From a virus (lineage: Duplodnaviria > Caudoviricetes): 64,000 bases of DNA. The DNA lies in IMG/VR virus record IMGVR_UViG_2595698902_000001, positions 128,001 to 192,000 of that record; one strand, written 5' to 3'. Within the stretch, counting starts at the first letter, position 1. Every line of letters starts with the position of its first letter. Shown piece by piece: positions 17,942-26,607 of this stretch. The translations under genes and the position numbers were made by a program. The notes under the pieces are model-generated. The model was not told the DNA's origin. It was given only the letters and a program-made list of their open reading frames with translations, and searched no databases.

Positions 17942-19924
17942 ATGCGAGTTAAACGGAAGAGTCCAATTTACGATCCGCGTTTTGCAGCGCCAGCGCAAAC
18001 CCCGGCAAAAGATGCGAGCATGGGGAGTTTCCAACCTTACCCGCGTTCGGCACACCAGCAAATCAAAGAGGCTGCGGCAGAGCAGCTAAATACCGAAATC
18101 TTGGCAACGGCGGCAGGCAACGCGCAAATGTCGCAGCTGCCAATTGAAATCGATATTGACCCGTTGCTGAAAGACATTGTGTTTTCCGAAGACCTTGAGC
18201 AGAAAAAGCTGGTCATGCGGATTTACACTGACATGTATTACAACAGCTCTATCGGCGGTTCGATTGTAGATATCAAATCGCAGCTGATGTTTTCCGACTT
18301 CACTATCTCCGGCATCATGGACCGGAAGGTAATGGATGAATTCATGGAAAACATTGACCGTCTCGACGTGCGTAACCTGATGCCAGACTTGGCAGTCGAT
18401 TACAACGTAAAAGGCGGTTTTGTTGGTTCTCTTCTGTACAACGAAGACAAACAAGTATTCTCGCGCATCATGCCGCACGCGTGGGAAAACACTAAGCTGG
18501 ATCAATTGCCATTCCACGGCACTGACCCGCTGATCACTGTTGCATTCCCTGAGTATATTCGTTCGACAATGGCGTCGGACTCGCCGCGTGTAAAAGCACT
18601 GCGCGAATATCTCGGTTCCAACGTGATGAAACAGCTGAGCAACGAAGCGCTAGAACTTGATCCGAAATCTACGGTTTATGTTCCTCGCCGCTCCGGTGCA
18701 AACAGCACTGCGACCTCCTATTTCCGCCGCATTATGCCGTGGTATTTGCTGGAGAAAAACCTGTTCCGTGGTACGCTTGTGCGTTCGGCAATGCGCCAAA
18801 AAGGCATTTTGCATGTAACCCTCGACGGTGCCGGTGAATGGGAACCAACGCTTGCGGATATGCAAGCGGTAATGGATATGTTTATGAACGCGGATGCTGA
18901 TCCGGTTGGCGCCGTGGTTGCAACGCGTGGTGGTATTTCCACCGAAGAAATCCGTGACCCGCAAGGCGGCTGGACAATCTTCGATAACAAAGATGCCATC
19001 GATTCCATTATGATGAAAGCTTTGGGTATTTCTGATGCGTTCCTTTCTGGTGACGCCTCCTATACCAACGGCGATACGTCTACCACTTTCTTCATCGACG
19101 GCATCCGTACAGAACGGGATTTCCTTACTCGCAAAACTCTGTACAACCGCATTTTCCCGATGATTAGTGCGCTCAAAGGTTACACGCTGAACAAAGACGG
19201 CAAATTGATCGTAAAAGGCAACAGCCTTGAAAAGATGGATTTGCTCGGTTCGTTTGCGCGGCTGGATGATGGTTCCCGTTTGCTGATTCCTAGCGTCCAC
19301 TGGGAAAAGACTTTGCAGCCGGAAGGCGACCAGCAATATCTCGATATGCTGCAAGCAATGTCGGATAAAGGCGTACCGGTTCCGTTGCGTGTTATGGCGG
19401 CTGCTGGTGGCCTCAACCTCGACCGTTTGCTGGCTGGTCAAGATTCCGATTTGCAGACGCAAGAACAGCTGTACCAATTCCAAAAGAAAATCAAAGACCT
19501 GAAAAAGAAATACGGTATTGATGATGGAATGGGTGGTGGCATGGGCGGTGACGGTGGCTTTGCTGCCGCTGCATCCTCGCGTTTCCACACCGGTATTGAT
19601 CCAGCTGATCGTCAAATCCTCGCAATGGCAAAAGCCAACCCGCGTGCTTATGAGCAATTGCGCGCAGAAGCACAATCCATTTATAACGAAAACTTGAACA
19701 GCACCTATTCCGACGTGCTGGCTCACGGTAACGGTCAAATGGTCGGTCTGGCAAATCGCCAATTCGGCGAATCGATGATGGAAGTTGCAGGCGAAACGCA
19801 CGACGGTAAAAAGCGTTATCTGCATAACCAAAAGCTGGCAAACGAGCGGGTTAACAGAAAGATCGTTGACTTCCTCAAGCAGAACGATGCGAAGCGTGGC
19901 GTTTCTGGAAAGCGCCGTAAATAA
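17942..19924 (+). CDS. probable portal protein
   Basis: 660 aa, near terL; 'IMMKALGISDAFLSGDASY' is typical of portal C-terminal regions. Confidence 0.65.
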   Translation: MRVKRKSPIYDPRFAAPAQTPAKDASMGSFQPYPRSAHQQIKEAAAEQLNTEILATAAGNAQMSQLPIEIDIDPLLKDIVFSEDLEQKKLVMRIYTDMYYNSSIGGSIVDIKSQLMFSDFTISGIMDRKVMDEFMENIDRLDVRNLMPDLAVDYNVKGGFVGSLLYNEDKQVFSRIMPHAWENTKLDQLPFHGTDPLITVAFPEYIRSTMASDSPRVKALREYLGSNVMKQLSNEALELDPKSTVYVPRRSGANSTATSYFRRIMPWYLLEKNLFRGTLVRSAMRQKGILHVTLDGAGEWEPTLADMQAVMDMFMNADADPVGAVVATRGGISTEEIRDPQGGWTIFDNKDAIDSIMMKALGISDAFLSGDASYTNGDTSTTFFIDGIRTERDFLTRKTLYNRIFPMISALKGYTLNKDGKLIVKGNSLEKMDLLGSFARLDDGSRLLIPSVHWEKTLQPEGDQQYLDMLQAMSDKGVPVPLRVMAAAGGLNLDRLLAGQDSDLQTQEQLYQFQKKIKDLKKKYGIDDGMGGGMGGDGGFAAAASSRFHTGIDPADRQILAMAKANPRAYEQLRAEAQSIYNENLNSTYSDVLAHGNGQMVGLANRQFGESMMEVAGETHDGKKRYLHNQKLANERVNRKIVDFLKQNDAKRGVSGKRRK

Positions 19925-19963
19925 CGCTAATTTAATCTTACAGTCGAAATACTGTAAATATAA

Positions 19964-20090
19964 ATAAAGCTCGATGCTCTCAACTAGACAAGGTTATATC
20001 CCCGATTGTAATGCGATACTAGGCTTAGCTGGCCGCTAGAAAATGCAAAGCAATTGGGTGCGCCTTATACTGATCACAATGGAGCTTTAT
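19964..20090 (+). ncRNA. candidate structured non-coding RNA (rod-like)
   Basis: Nested inverted repeats ATAAAGCTC/GAGCTTTAT, AAGG/CCTT, CCCGATTG/CAATTGGG and CTAG/CTAG; promoter motifs upstream and a terminator downstream. Confidence 0.45.
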
Positions 20091-20119
20091 CAAACCTTTG
20101 CCTAAACCCAAAGGGAACG

Positions 20120-20155
20120 AACCGCGCCCTGTTTAATCGCAAGGCGCGGTTTTTT
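20120..20155 (+). terminator. intrinsic terminator
   Basis: AACCGCGCC...GGCGCGGTT followed by a T-run. Confidence 0.7.
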
Positions 20156-20183
20156 CGTTTCTGGTCCCGAAAAATGGAGATTT

Positions 20184-20483
20184 GTGCGAATGTGGGATAT
20201 CAAAACCCTCCAAGAACAGTTGGACTTTTTGTGTAAGCTGGCAGGTATTAGTTCGGACGAAATCGATCATCGTTTGATTCACGAATGCGAAGAGCGTTTG
20301 AATCACGAACAGCGCACGGCCTACGTCGATTACATTAGTGGCATTGCTGCTGATTTGACTTACCGCCGTATGCACCCGGATTCGCCAGACGCCAGCACGC
20401 TGTTTTATTTCACCATGATGCGTATTCCACGCAACATAAAAGCCAAGATGATTTGGTGTGCAGTGACCGGTAATCAGCCATGA
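20184..20483 (+). CDS. hypothetical protein
   Basis: GGAG SD; ATGA overlap with the next gene. Confidence 0.6.
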   Translation: MRMWDIKTLQEQLDFLCKLAGISSDEIDHRLIHECEERLNHEQRTAYVDYISGIAADLTYRRMHPDSPDASTLFYFTMMRIPRNIKAKMIWCAVTGNQP

Positions 20484-21268
20484 GTGGATCGCCTTTAAAC
20501 AATGCGCGGCACATGAAGAAACAGGGGCTTGATCCTGCAACTGTTTTTGCTGGTGTTGTCGTAGATAACAAAGACCCACGAAAAGCCAGTCGCGTTCGCG
20601 TGCGTGTGCCTGACGTTATGCCTGATGCAATTCCCGATAACCATTTGCCTTGGGCATTGCCAACAAATCAGAGCTACGCGGTAGACGCCGATAAAGCCGA
20701 ACGCGCAGGCAGCGTTGATATTCCGCCAATTGGTGCGAAGGTTGGAGTTCGCTATCCGACCGGCGATCCGCACAAACCAGAACTGGCGCCTTATCCCGGT
20801 GATAAGAAAACCATTCTGAAAGAAGCGGAAAAGAATTACCCGAAACGCAAGGTCGAGCGGCTGGATAACGGCTGCTATATGATCATCGATAAAGAAACGA
20901 ACGAAGTGTTTGTCACCAACCCCGGCGATACCCATTTTGTTTTCCTCGGTGATTACAGCAAAACCGTTGTCGGTAAATGCACGGAAATCGTAACCGGTTC
21001 TGTTGGTGACGTGCCTGAGTATTTGCTGAATGCGTCGGATACAAAGATTCGGGAAATTGCAGCAAAGAGCGCTGGCGGTGTGGCCTTCAAAGGCAGCGGC
21101 GGCGCAGGTTCCAAATACGAACATGTTAAGGGCGATTACACGTTGATCATTGACGGCAATCGTATCGTAAAAGTCAAAGGAAACGACTCATTGAATGTTG
21201 GCCGTAACCGTGACGAAACCGTAACCGGCAACCACAAGATTATGAGTATGCGTTCCGACACGAACTGA
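20480..21268 (+). CDS. baseplate central spike (T4 gp5/VgrG OB-fold plus beta-helix)
   Basis: 'GVVVDNKDP...RVRVRVP...LPWA...PPIGAKVGV...GDP' and C-terminal V-x-G repeats. Confidence 0.85.
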   Translation: MSGSPLNNARHMKKQGLDPATVFAGVVVDNKDPRKASRVRVRVPDVMPDAIPDNHLPWALPTNQSYAVDADKAERAGSVDIPPIGAKVGVRYPTGDPHKPELAPYPGDKKTILKEAEKNYPKRKVERLDNGCYMIIDKETNEVFVTNPGDTHFVFLGDYSKTVVGKCTEIVTGSVGDVPEYLLNASDTKIREIAAKSAGGVAFKGSGGAGSKYEHVKGDYTLIIDGNRIVKVKGNDSLNVGRNRDETVTGNHKIMSMRSDTN

Positions 21269-21276
21269 GGTTAAAA

Positions 21277-21903
21277 ATGGCTACGCTTATTCAATCGCAT
21301 TTTCAACGGGCGGGCGATACCTACCTTCTAGAAGACGTGGATATTCGCGGTGGTTATCGCAGCGTTGCGACGATTACCGAACGAAACAATATCCCGCCCA
21401 CTGCGCGACGGGTAGGCATGATCGTTTATTGCATCGCTGACCGCACGGAATATCAGTTGATCGGATCAATTGTGAATTCTGCGTGGAGCGTGCGCCCTCC
21501 GTTCTCTGGTAAAGTTCATCAGGTTGCATCCGTTGTCGATGTTGGGCAGTTGCGCCAATATAACCCGTACACGTTTGAGCAGTATGCAAAAGCGCGGGTA
21601 ATTGCGTGGTTTAATGCGCTGCCAGAAGCCAGTCGCATCCTTAGCCACCCTATGTATTTCTTCAAGATTTTGTGTGCTGTTGGGGCGCCTGCTTCAACTG
21701 CGCAGGGCAGCGTTCTGCCAGCGGGCACCGAGTATTTAGGCGAAGTCACTTTCGTTTACGACAACGCCGGTTCTCAGGTTGCCGTCACCTTTATTGATTC
21801 CAGTTTGGTTAGTATTTCCAAAACGTTAATGCCGTTGGGTGATAATGTAATCGCTGCAATGAACGAATATGCAGATCGGAAAAACGCGGAGGCAAACCCA
21901 TAA
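21277..21903 (+). CDS. virion structural protein, N-terminal paralogue of 22421
   Basis: Shares the 'AGDxYLLxDVDxRGG(Y/F)R...ER..IP..AR..GM.V' domain with 22421..23227. Confidence 0.6.
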   Translation: MATLIQSHFQRAGDTYLLEDVDIRGGYRSVATITERNNIPPTARRVGMIVYCIADRTEYQLIGSIVNSAWSVRPPFSGKVHQVASVVDVGQLRQYNPYTFEQYAKARVIAWFNALPEASRILSHPMYFFKILCAVGAPASTAQGSVLPAGTEYLGEVTFVYDNAGSQVAVTFIDSSLVSISKTLMPLGDNVIAAMNEYADRKNAEANP

Positions 21904-22082
21904 TGGCTAGTCCTGAATATGTTCGCACCTTTTTGTCTGGCGAATTATTGGTAGGCAATCGCCGCTCCGATCCGCACGGTATTCGTTGGGCAAAGGAGCG
22001 CATACCGCAAAAACACAAGGCTGGAATGCAACGTCAGATTGGACGGTATCTCAGTGACGAACCGTCGAATTACTTGAGATAA
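21903..22082 (+). CDS. hypothetical small protein (59 aa, not in ORF track)
   Basis: TAATG-coupled; MASPEYVRTFLSGELLVG...SNYLR*. Confidence 0.5.
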   Translation: MASPEYVRTFLSGELLVGNRRSDPHGIRWAKERIPQKHKAGMQRQIGRYLSDEPSNYLR

Positions 22083-22113
22083 GTAAATTCCCCATTAATT
22101 TAATGGTATCAAC

Positions 22114-22431
22114 ATGACTAGACTATTCGAGCCGCGTGTTCTCGGTGCCGGTATTATTATCGAGAAAGCACCGACACTGGATAACCACGGTGTCCGAAAA
22201 ATAGACATGGAATCCCATGCGCAAATCAAGACATATCAAATCACCGATGTGACTAGCGTAGAGATTCCCCTGCTGACCTCGGATTATATCGTGCAGTGTT
22301 TTGACGCGGCAAACTCAATCATTTATCCGAATAATGCGCGTGAAGAAGAAACCAGTCTGATCGTGGAGTTCCTTGCTCCGCAGACTGGTAAAATACGTGT
22401 GTTGTTCGTGGGAGGTAAAGGTGGCGACTAG
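22114..22431 (+). CDS. small beta-rich virion/fibre protein
   Basis: Follows a TAATTT motif; 'IVQCFD...IYP...LIVEF...TGKIRV' resembles small fibre-associated domains. Confidence 0.55.
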   Translation: MTRLFEPRVLGAGIIIEKAPTLDNHGVRKIDMESHAQIKTYQITDVTSVEIPLLTSDYIVQCFDAANSIIYPNNAREEETSLIVEFLAPQTGKIRVLFVGGKGGD

Positions 22432-23227
22432 CATTTCGCAGCGCTTTGAAAAAGCGGGTGACTTCTATCTGCTGGATGACGTGGATTTACGTGGTGGTTT
22501 TCGCGTTGTAACTTCCATCGCAGAACGTGATGCAATCCCGCTCCCGGCGCGTAAGCAAGGCATGGTGGTCCGCGTACTGGATAAAGTCGCAGGCACAACC
22601 GTAAACTATGAATTGCCTTTCGGTAAACCGATTACCAACGCCAACTGGATCGAATGGAAAGTTGGTGCCGGTGGGGATTTCATTCCAACCGCTGGCGGTA
22701 ATCTGGACGGCGAGTTGAAATTGGGCGCAGCTGCAAGCTTCAATTTTGACGACGCACTGAAAGCAGAAATCGTAGATCGGAATTTGCTGTTTACCCCGGT
22801 CGGTACATTCGACCCGGATGATCCTGAGCCGCAGGGCCTTATGGCTTTCGGTAACGAAACAGAAAACACAATCGAAATCAATCCGTGGATTGGTCAGATC
22901 GTGTGTAAAACCGAAGTGGCGCTGGCATCTGACCGCTCGCTGAAAACGGACATTACTCGCATTGAAAACGCGATGAAAATTCTCCGTCGTATGCACGGCT
23001 ACACGTTCCAGAAAATCGGCAATACCGACCGCATGTTTACTGGGTTGATCGCGCAGGAAGTTGCACAGGTTTTCCCCGAGGCGGTGTGCCATTCCACTGA
23101 TGGAAAACTTGCGGTTTACTACGGCAGTTTGGCAGGGCTTTTCGTTGAGTGTTTGACTGACGTGGACGAACGCTTGATCGAGTTTGGCAAACGCCTTGAC
23201 GCGCTGGAAGCAAAAGGCGAAGCATGA
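22421..23227 (+). CDS. fibre/spike protein with C-terminal intramolecular chaperone (Peptidase S74)
   Basis: 'SDRSLKTDI..IENA...GLIAQEV..VFPEAV...V.Y' plus a coiled coil; GTG start with GGAGG SD. Confidence 0.85.
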   Translation: MATSISQRFEKAGDFYLLDDVDLRGGFRVVTSIAERDAIPLPARKQGMVVRVLDKVAGTTVNYELPFGKPITNANWIEWKVGAGGDFIPTAGGNLDGELKLGAAASFNFDDALKAEIVDRNLLFTPVGTFDPDDPEPQGLMAFGNETENTIEINPWIGQIVCKTEVALASDRSLKTDITRIENAMKILRRMHGYTFQKIGNTDRMFTGLIAQEVAQVFPEAVCHSTDGKLAVYYGSLAGLFVECLTDVDERLIEFGKRLDALEAKGEA

Positions 23228-23691
23228 GCTGCGTTTATCCGCCAAGCTCAATATTTAAGGTCGTAGACGCTGACACGGTAAATGCTGGAAAAATGCCGGG
23301 CGTCGTTAGCGGACCAGAAATTATGCAGGTAGGTGAATCCTCCTGCACAACACGTTACGCAAGTATGGCTGCGCGGCTGCAACAAGATATTCTGATCGCC
23401 CATAACCAAACGTTTATGGGATTGGAAATGCCGCAGTTTGTCGTGTTGGCGCACAACTGGGAATACGATAATCCCGACTTCACTATCTCGCAGCATCTGC
23501 ACGAATACGTAGAGTTTCGTGATATTTCCTTGGGCTACCCAATGATGATGAACGCCTATCTGTACGTCACGGATTTGGCTGCGTTCGGATTGCCGGAAAA
23601 TCTCACCGAAACCGACGTGCTGAATAGCGCATTGCGCAACGCGAAGCGCATAACTTATATCGTCGCCAACACGGACCTAGACAATGGCTAA
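23224..23691 (+). CDS. hypothetical protein
   Basis: Coupled ORF of 155 aa. Confidence 0.6.
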   Translation: MSCVYPPSSIFKVVDADTVNAGKMPGVVSGPEIMQVGESSCTTRYASMAARLQQDILIAHNQTFMGLEMPQFVVLAHNWEYDNPDFTISQHLHEYVEFRDISLGYPMMMNAYLYVTDLAAFGLPENLTETDVLNSALRNAKRITYIVANTDLDNG

Positions 23692-25012
23692 CTATCGATA
23701 CGTCGGCGATGCCGATCTGGTGTATGAGGATGCAAACGACGAATACAATTTGGTCATTGTTTTGGGCGACCGCTTTAGCATGTATCGCCACGGCCAAGTC
23801 TACGTCGTGCATCACGAATCTGATTCAAAAATCACGTTCAAACTGACACTGAAAGAGGGCCGCGCCCTTGAGCGTGCCAGTGAAGAAACGCTGAGTGTAA
23901 TGCCTGATCCAGACAATCCGCCCTACATGATGTTCCAGCCGAAATTTGAAATGGTCCCGCTGCTTTACGACTATTTCAACCGCACGTATTTCAACAACGT
24001 GTGCCCGGTTGTGAAATTCCGCAAATCGAATAACTCTTCGATTTGGGGTATGGCCGAACTGAACTGGGTTCGTGGCAAACCAGTTTACACGTTCCACATT
24101 AACGAATCGTCGATGATCGACCGCGTGTTGTTTACCAACACAATTCTGCATGAAATGATTCACCTGTTTAACTATGCTAAAGGCGCAGCGCTGCTGAGTC
24201 TCGATGCGAAGAAAGGTATGGAATTCATTCACGCGAACCACGGTCCGTTGTTCGTTTCTGAAATGAACCGTTTGAACGGGCAAGGCTTCCACATTATCAA
24301 GGAAGGTACGCACGAAGAATTCAAGCGAAATGCAACCGAAGAATTCCATATCATTATTGCCCGTGTGCTGGCCGGTAAAACCGTTACGCAATGGGCCGCG
24401 TGGTACACACAAAACAGTTTCAAACGCGAAGACCTCGACCGCCTGTGCGCAGGCCTGAAAGATCAGTGGCCTACAGCGGAATTCGATTTGAAAATGGGCA
24501 CCACAACCGACCGCAAACTTACGTCGGGCACCACGCACGTAAAAGGCACGAATACATTTACCGCAGCGTCGCTCAAGAAATTCTTTAAAGGCGAACCTAA
24601 TCTGTCAGAAGTTCACATTTTGGATACCGCGCATATTCTGCCGAGTACCAATGTGATCCTGCCTGAATTCAAAGAAATGCCTGAAAACTACGCGATGCCG
24701 TTCAACATGTTCTGCCGGGCAATGCGCACCTACACTTCCGACCACATGGTACTCAAAGCCAAGTGGATGAAAATGCCGATGCGGATGCTTAATCAGCAAG
24801 TGCAGTTCAAGTTCCAGACGCTGATTGGCCGCATGAATCGCGGTTCCATTCCAGACGCGGATATCGTGAACAACTTGAACGATATTCGCATGTCGTATGA
24901 CGAGCGTGTTTCGCACGAAGCGTACCGCAAAATCATGGCGGACTTTATCAAAGAGTTTGACCGAAAAGGTCATCTTGCGCCTTACGCAAAAATCATGCAG
25001 TTGGTGGTCTAA
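23684..25012 (+). CDS. SprT-like zinc metalloprotease
   Basis: 'YDYFNRTYF...TILHEMIH...HGPLF..EM.RLN' is the SprT signature. Confidence 0.8.
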   Translation: MANYRYVGDADLVYEDANDEYNLVIVLGDRFSMYRHGQVYVVHHESDSKITFKLTLKEGRALERASEETLSVMPDPDNPPYMMFQPKFEMVPLLYDYFNRTYFNNVCPVVKFRKSNNSSIWGMAELNWVRGKPVYTFHINESSMIDRVLFTNTILHEMIHLFNYAKGAALLSLDAKKGMEFIHANHGPLFVSEMNRLNGQGFHIIKEGTHEEFKRNATEEFHIIIARVLAGKTVTQWAAWYTQNSFKREDLDRLCAGLKDQWPTAEFDLKMGTTTDRKLTSGTTHVKGTNTFTAASLKKFFKGEPNLSEVHILDTAHILPSTNVILPEFKEMPENYAMPFNMFCRAMRTYTSDHMVLKAKWMKMPMRMLNQQVQFKFQTLIGRMNRGSIPDADIVNNLNDIRMSYDERVSHEAYRKIMADFIKEFDRKGHLAPYAKIMQLVV

Positions 25013-25566
25013 TGGCATATACACGACGGAAGCGAAAACCCAAGGTTCCCAAGCCGCAAGCAATTAACAATGCGCGACCAGCGGACGGAAAGAAATCCCG
25101 AAAGGACGTGACTGAGGCGCTGTATGAAGCAGTCATGTATTATTTCGTGAAGAAAACCTGTAGCGTCCATAAGGAAGTGGGCGTCGAACCTTGGGGCAGG
25201 CGTAGGCTGGATGCGCTGGTAATTGATTACCCCGGCAACCTTACTGGGGTGGAAATTAAAAGTTGCTTGGCAGACTTTCGTTCCGATAAGAAATGGCGCA
25301 ATTATCTGCCGTACACAAATCAGCTTTATTTCTGCTTTGCACCTGAGCTGACAAAGAGCCGCTGCTACCCTGAAATCCGCAAGGAATTGAAAGAGGCGGG
25401 CGTAGGCATTCTGGTGCTGTCGGAAACCGGGCGAATTGTTTGCAGCCAGAAGGCAAAACGCCGTCTCGTTTCTATCGTGTATAAATATCAACTCTTTAGA
25501 AAACTCGCTTGGCGCGAAGGCGACTCAAAGCGAAACATTCATCAGACAAAGCGGGTATATCTGTGA
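25012..25566 (+). CDS. MmcB-like PD-(D/E)XK endonuclease
   Basis: 'RRLDAL...GVEIKSCLADFRSDKKWRNYLPYTNQLYF...GIL'. Confidence 0.8.
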   Translation: MAYTRRKRKPKVPKPQAINNARPADGKKSRKDVTEALYEAVMYYFVKKTCSVHKEVGVEPWGRRRLDALVIDYPGNLTGVEIKSCLADFRSDKKWRNYLPYTNQLYFCFAPELTKSRCYPEIRKELKEAGVGILVLSETGRIVCSQKAKRRLVSIVYKYQLFRKLAWREGDSKRNIHQTKRVYL

Positions 25567-26213
25567 AAGGTCTTTTTATTGCGCTGGAATCTCTGGAAGC
25601 TGCTGGCAAAGGAACTGCGACGGATTATGTGGGTGGCTGGGCGCGTCGGCGTGGCCTCGACATGGTATTTACTCGCGAACCGGGCGGCACTGAATTTGCT
25701 GAACCAATCCGGGCGCATATGCTGAGCTGGGAAGGTAAGGTGCCGCCAGCGTGCCAAGCGCTGCTGTCGTATGCGGCCCGCGTAGAGCACACGCAATCGC
25801 ATATCATCCCTAGCCTGAATCGCGGCGCACACGTTTTCACCGAACGTTATTATGCCAGCGCCCTCGCTTACCAGACGCAAACCTATGCAGAAACCCAAAA
25901 GGTTCATGATCTTGTTTCGCAATATCTGGTGAAACCGGACCTGACAATCCTGCTGGATATCAGCCCGGAATTGAGTCTAGAGCGGATGCAGAAATCTCGC
26001 GTAGAGCGCGGCATCGAGCTGGACGAGTTTGAAAAGAAACCAATTGAATATTTCCGGGGCGTGCGTGACGCCTACTATGCGCAGATTGACGATTCGTGGG
26101 CGATTGTTGACGCCTCGCAACCTCTGCCAGAAGTGGAGCGGCAAATTCTCGCAATCCTCGACAAAAAGCTGGGGTTAACAAATGAAGCTGTATCTAACCA
26201 CTGCGTCGGCTAA
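25563..26213 (+). CDS. tmk: thymidylate kinase
   Basis: FIALESLEAAGKGT, TREPGGT, ERYYASALAYQ and PDLTILLDI motifs. Confidence 0.92.
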   Translation: MKGLFIALESLEAAGKGTATDYVGGWARRRGLDMVFTREPGGTEFAEPIRAHMLSWEGKVPPACQALLSYAARVEHTQSHIIPSLNRGAHVFTERYYASALAYQTQTYAETQKVHDLVSQYLVKPDLTILLDISPELSLERMQKSRVERGIELDEFEKKPIEYFRGVRDAYYAQIDDSWAIVDASQPLPEVERQILAILDKKLGLTNEAVSNHCVG

Positions 26214-26607
26214 AAAGTATTTGAAAGGTGGGCAGATTGTCCGCCTCGAAAAGAATTATCCGTACATTCGCGACCTCGGTTCTCGCCTGCTGAGACTGCC
26301 GATAATCAAACGCGGAAATTTTGTGGACAAGCTTCCACAGAGTGACGACGCGCTGATCGCCTTTGCACAGCAACGGAAATTCGATCTGTACTACGGCTAC
26401 AAAATCTGTAAATTAAATGGAAGGGACAGCCTATTGGCGTCCCTTTTGTGCGTTGATAAGAGCGGCTGTGTGGTCGAAGACAAGTCCAGCCGCCTCGACA
26501 ACACGTCCTGCTACGTCGGCATTAAGGTGCCAGAAGCGGACATTAAATCGCGAACTTACGCAACAAAATTCAGTCGCGCGGACTATCTGCCAAAGGGTTA
26601 TCAATGA
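26182..26607 (+). CDS. hypothetical protein with leader variant MKLYLTTA
   Basis: First ORF of the leader-bearing array. Confidence 0.6.
   Translation: MKLYLTTASAKKYLKGGQIVRLEKNYPYIRDLGSRLLRLPIIKRGNFVDKLPQSDDALIAFAQQRKFDLYYGYKICKLNGRDSLLASLLCVDKSGCVVEDKSSRLDNTSCYVGIKVPEADIKSRTYATKFSRADYLPKGYQ

Noticed and set aside
19964-20090. tRNA or tmRNA in the intergenic gaps
   Set aside because: No cloverleaf, TTCGA T-loop with CCA end, or tag reading frame could be identified by eye.
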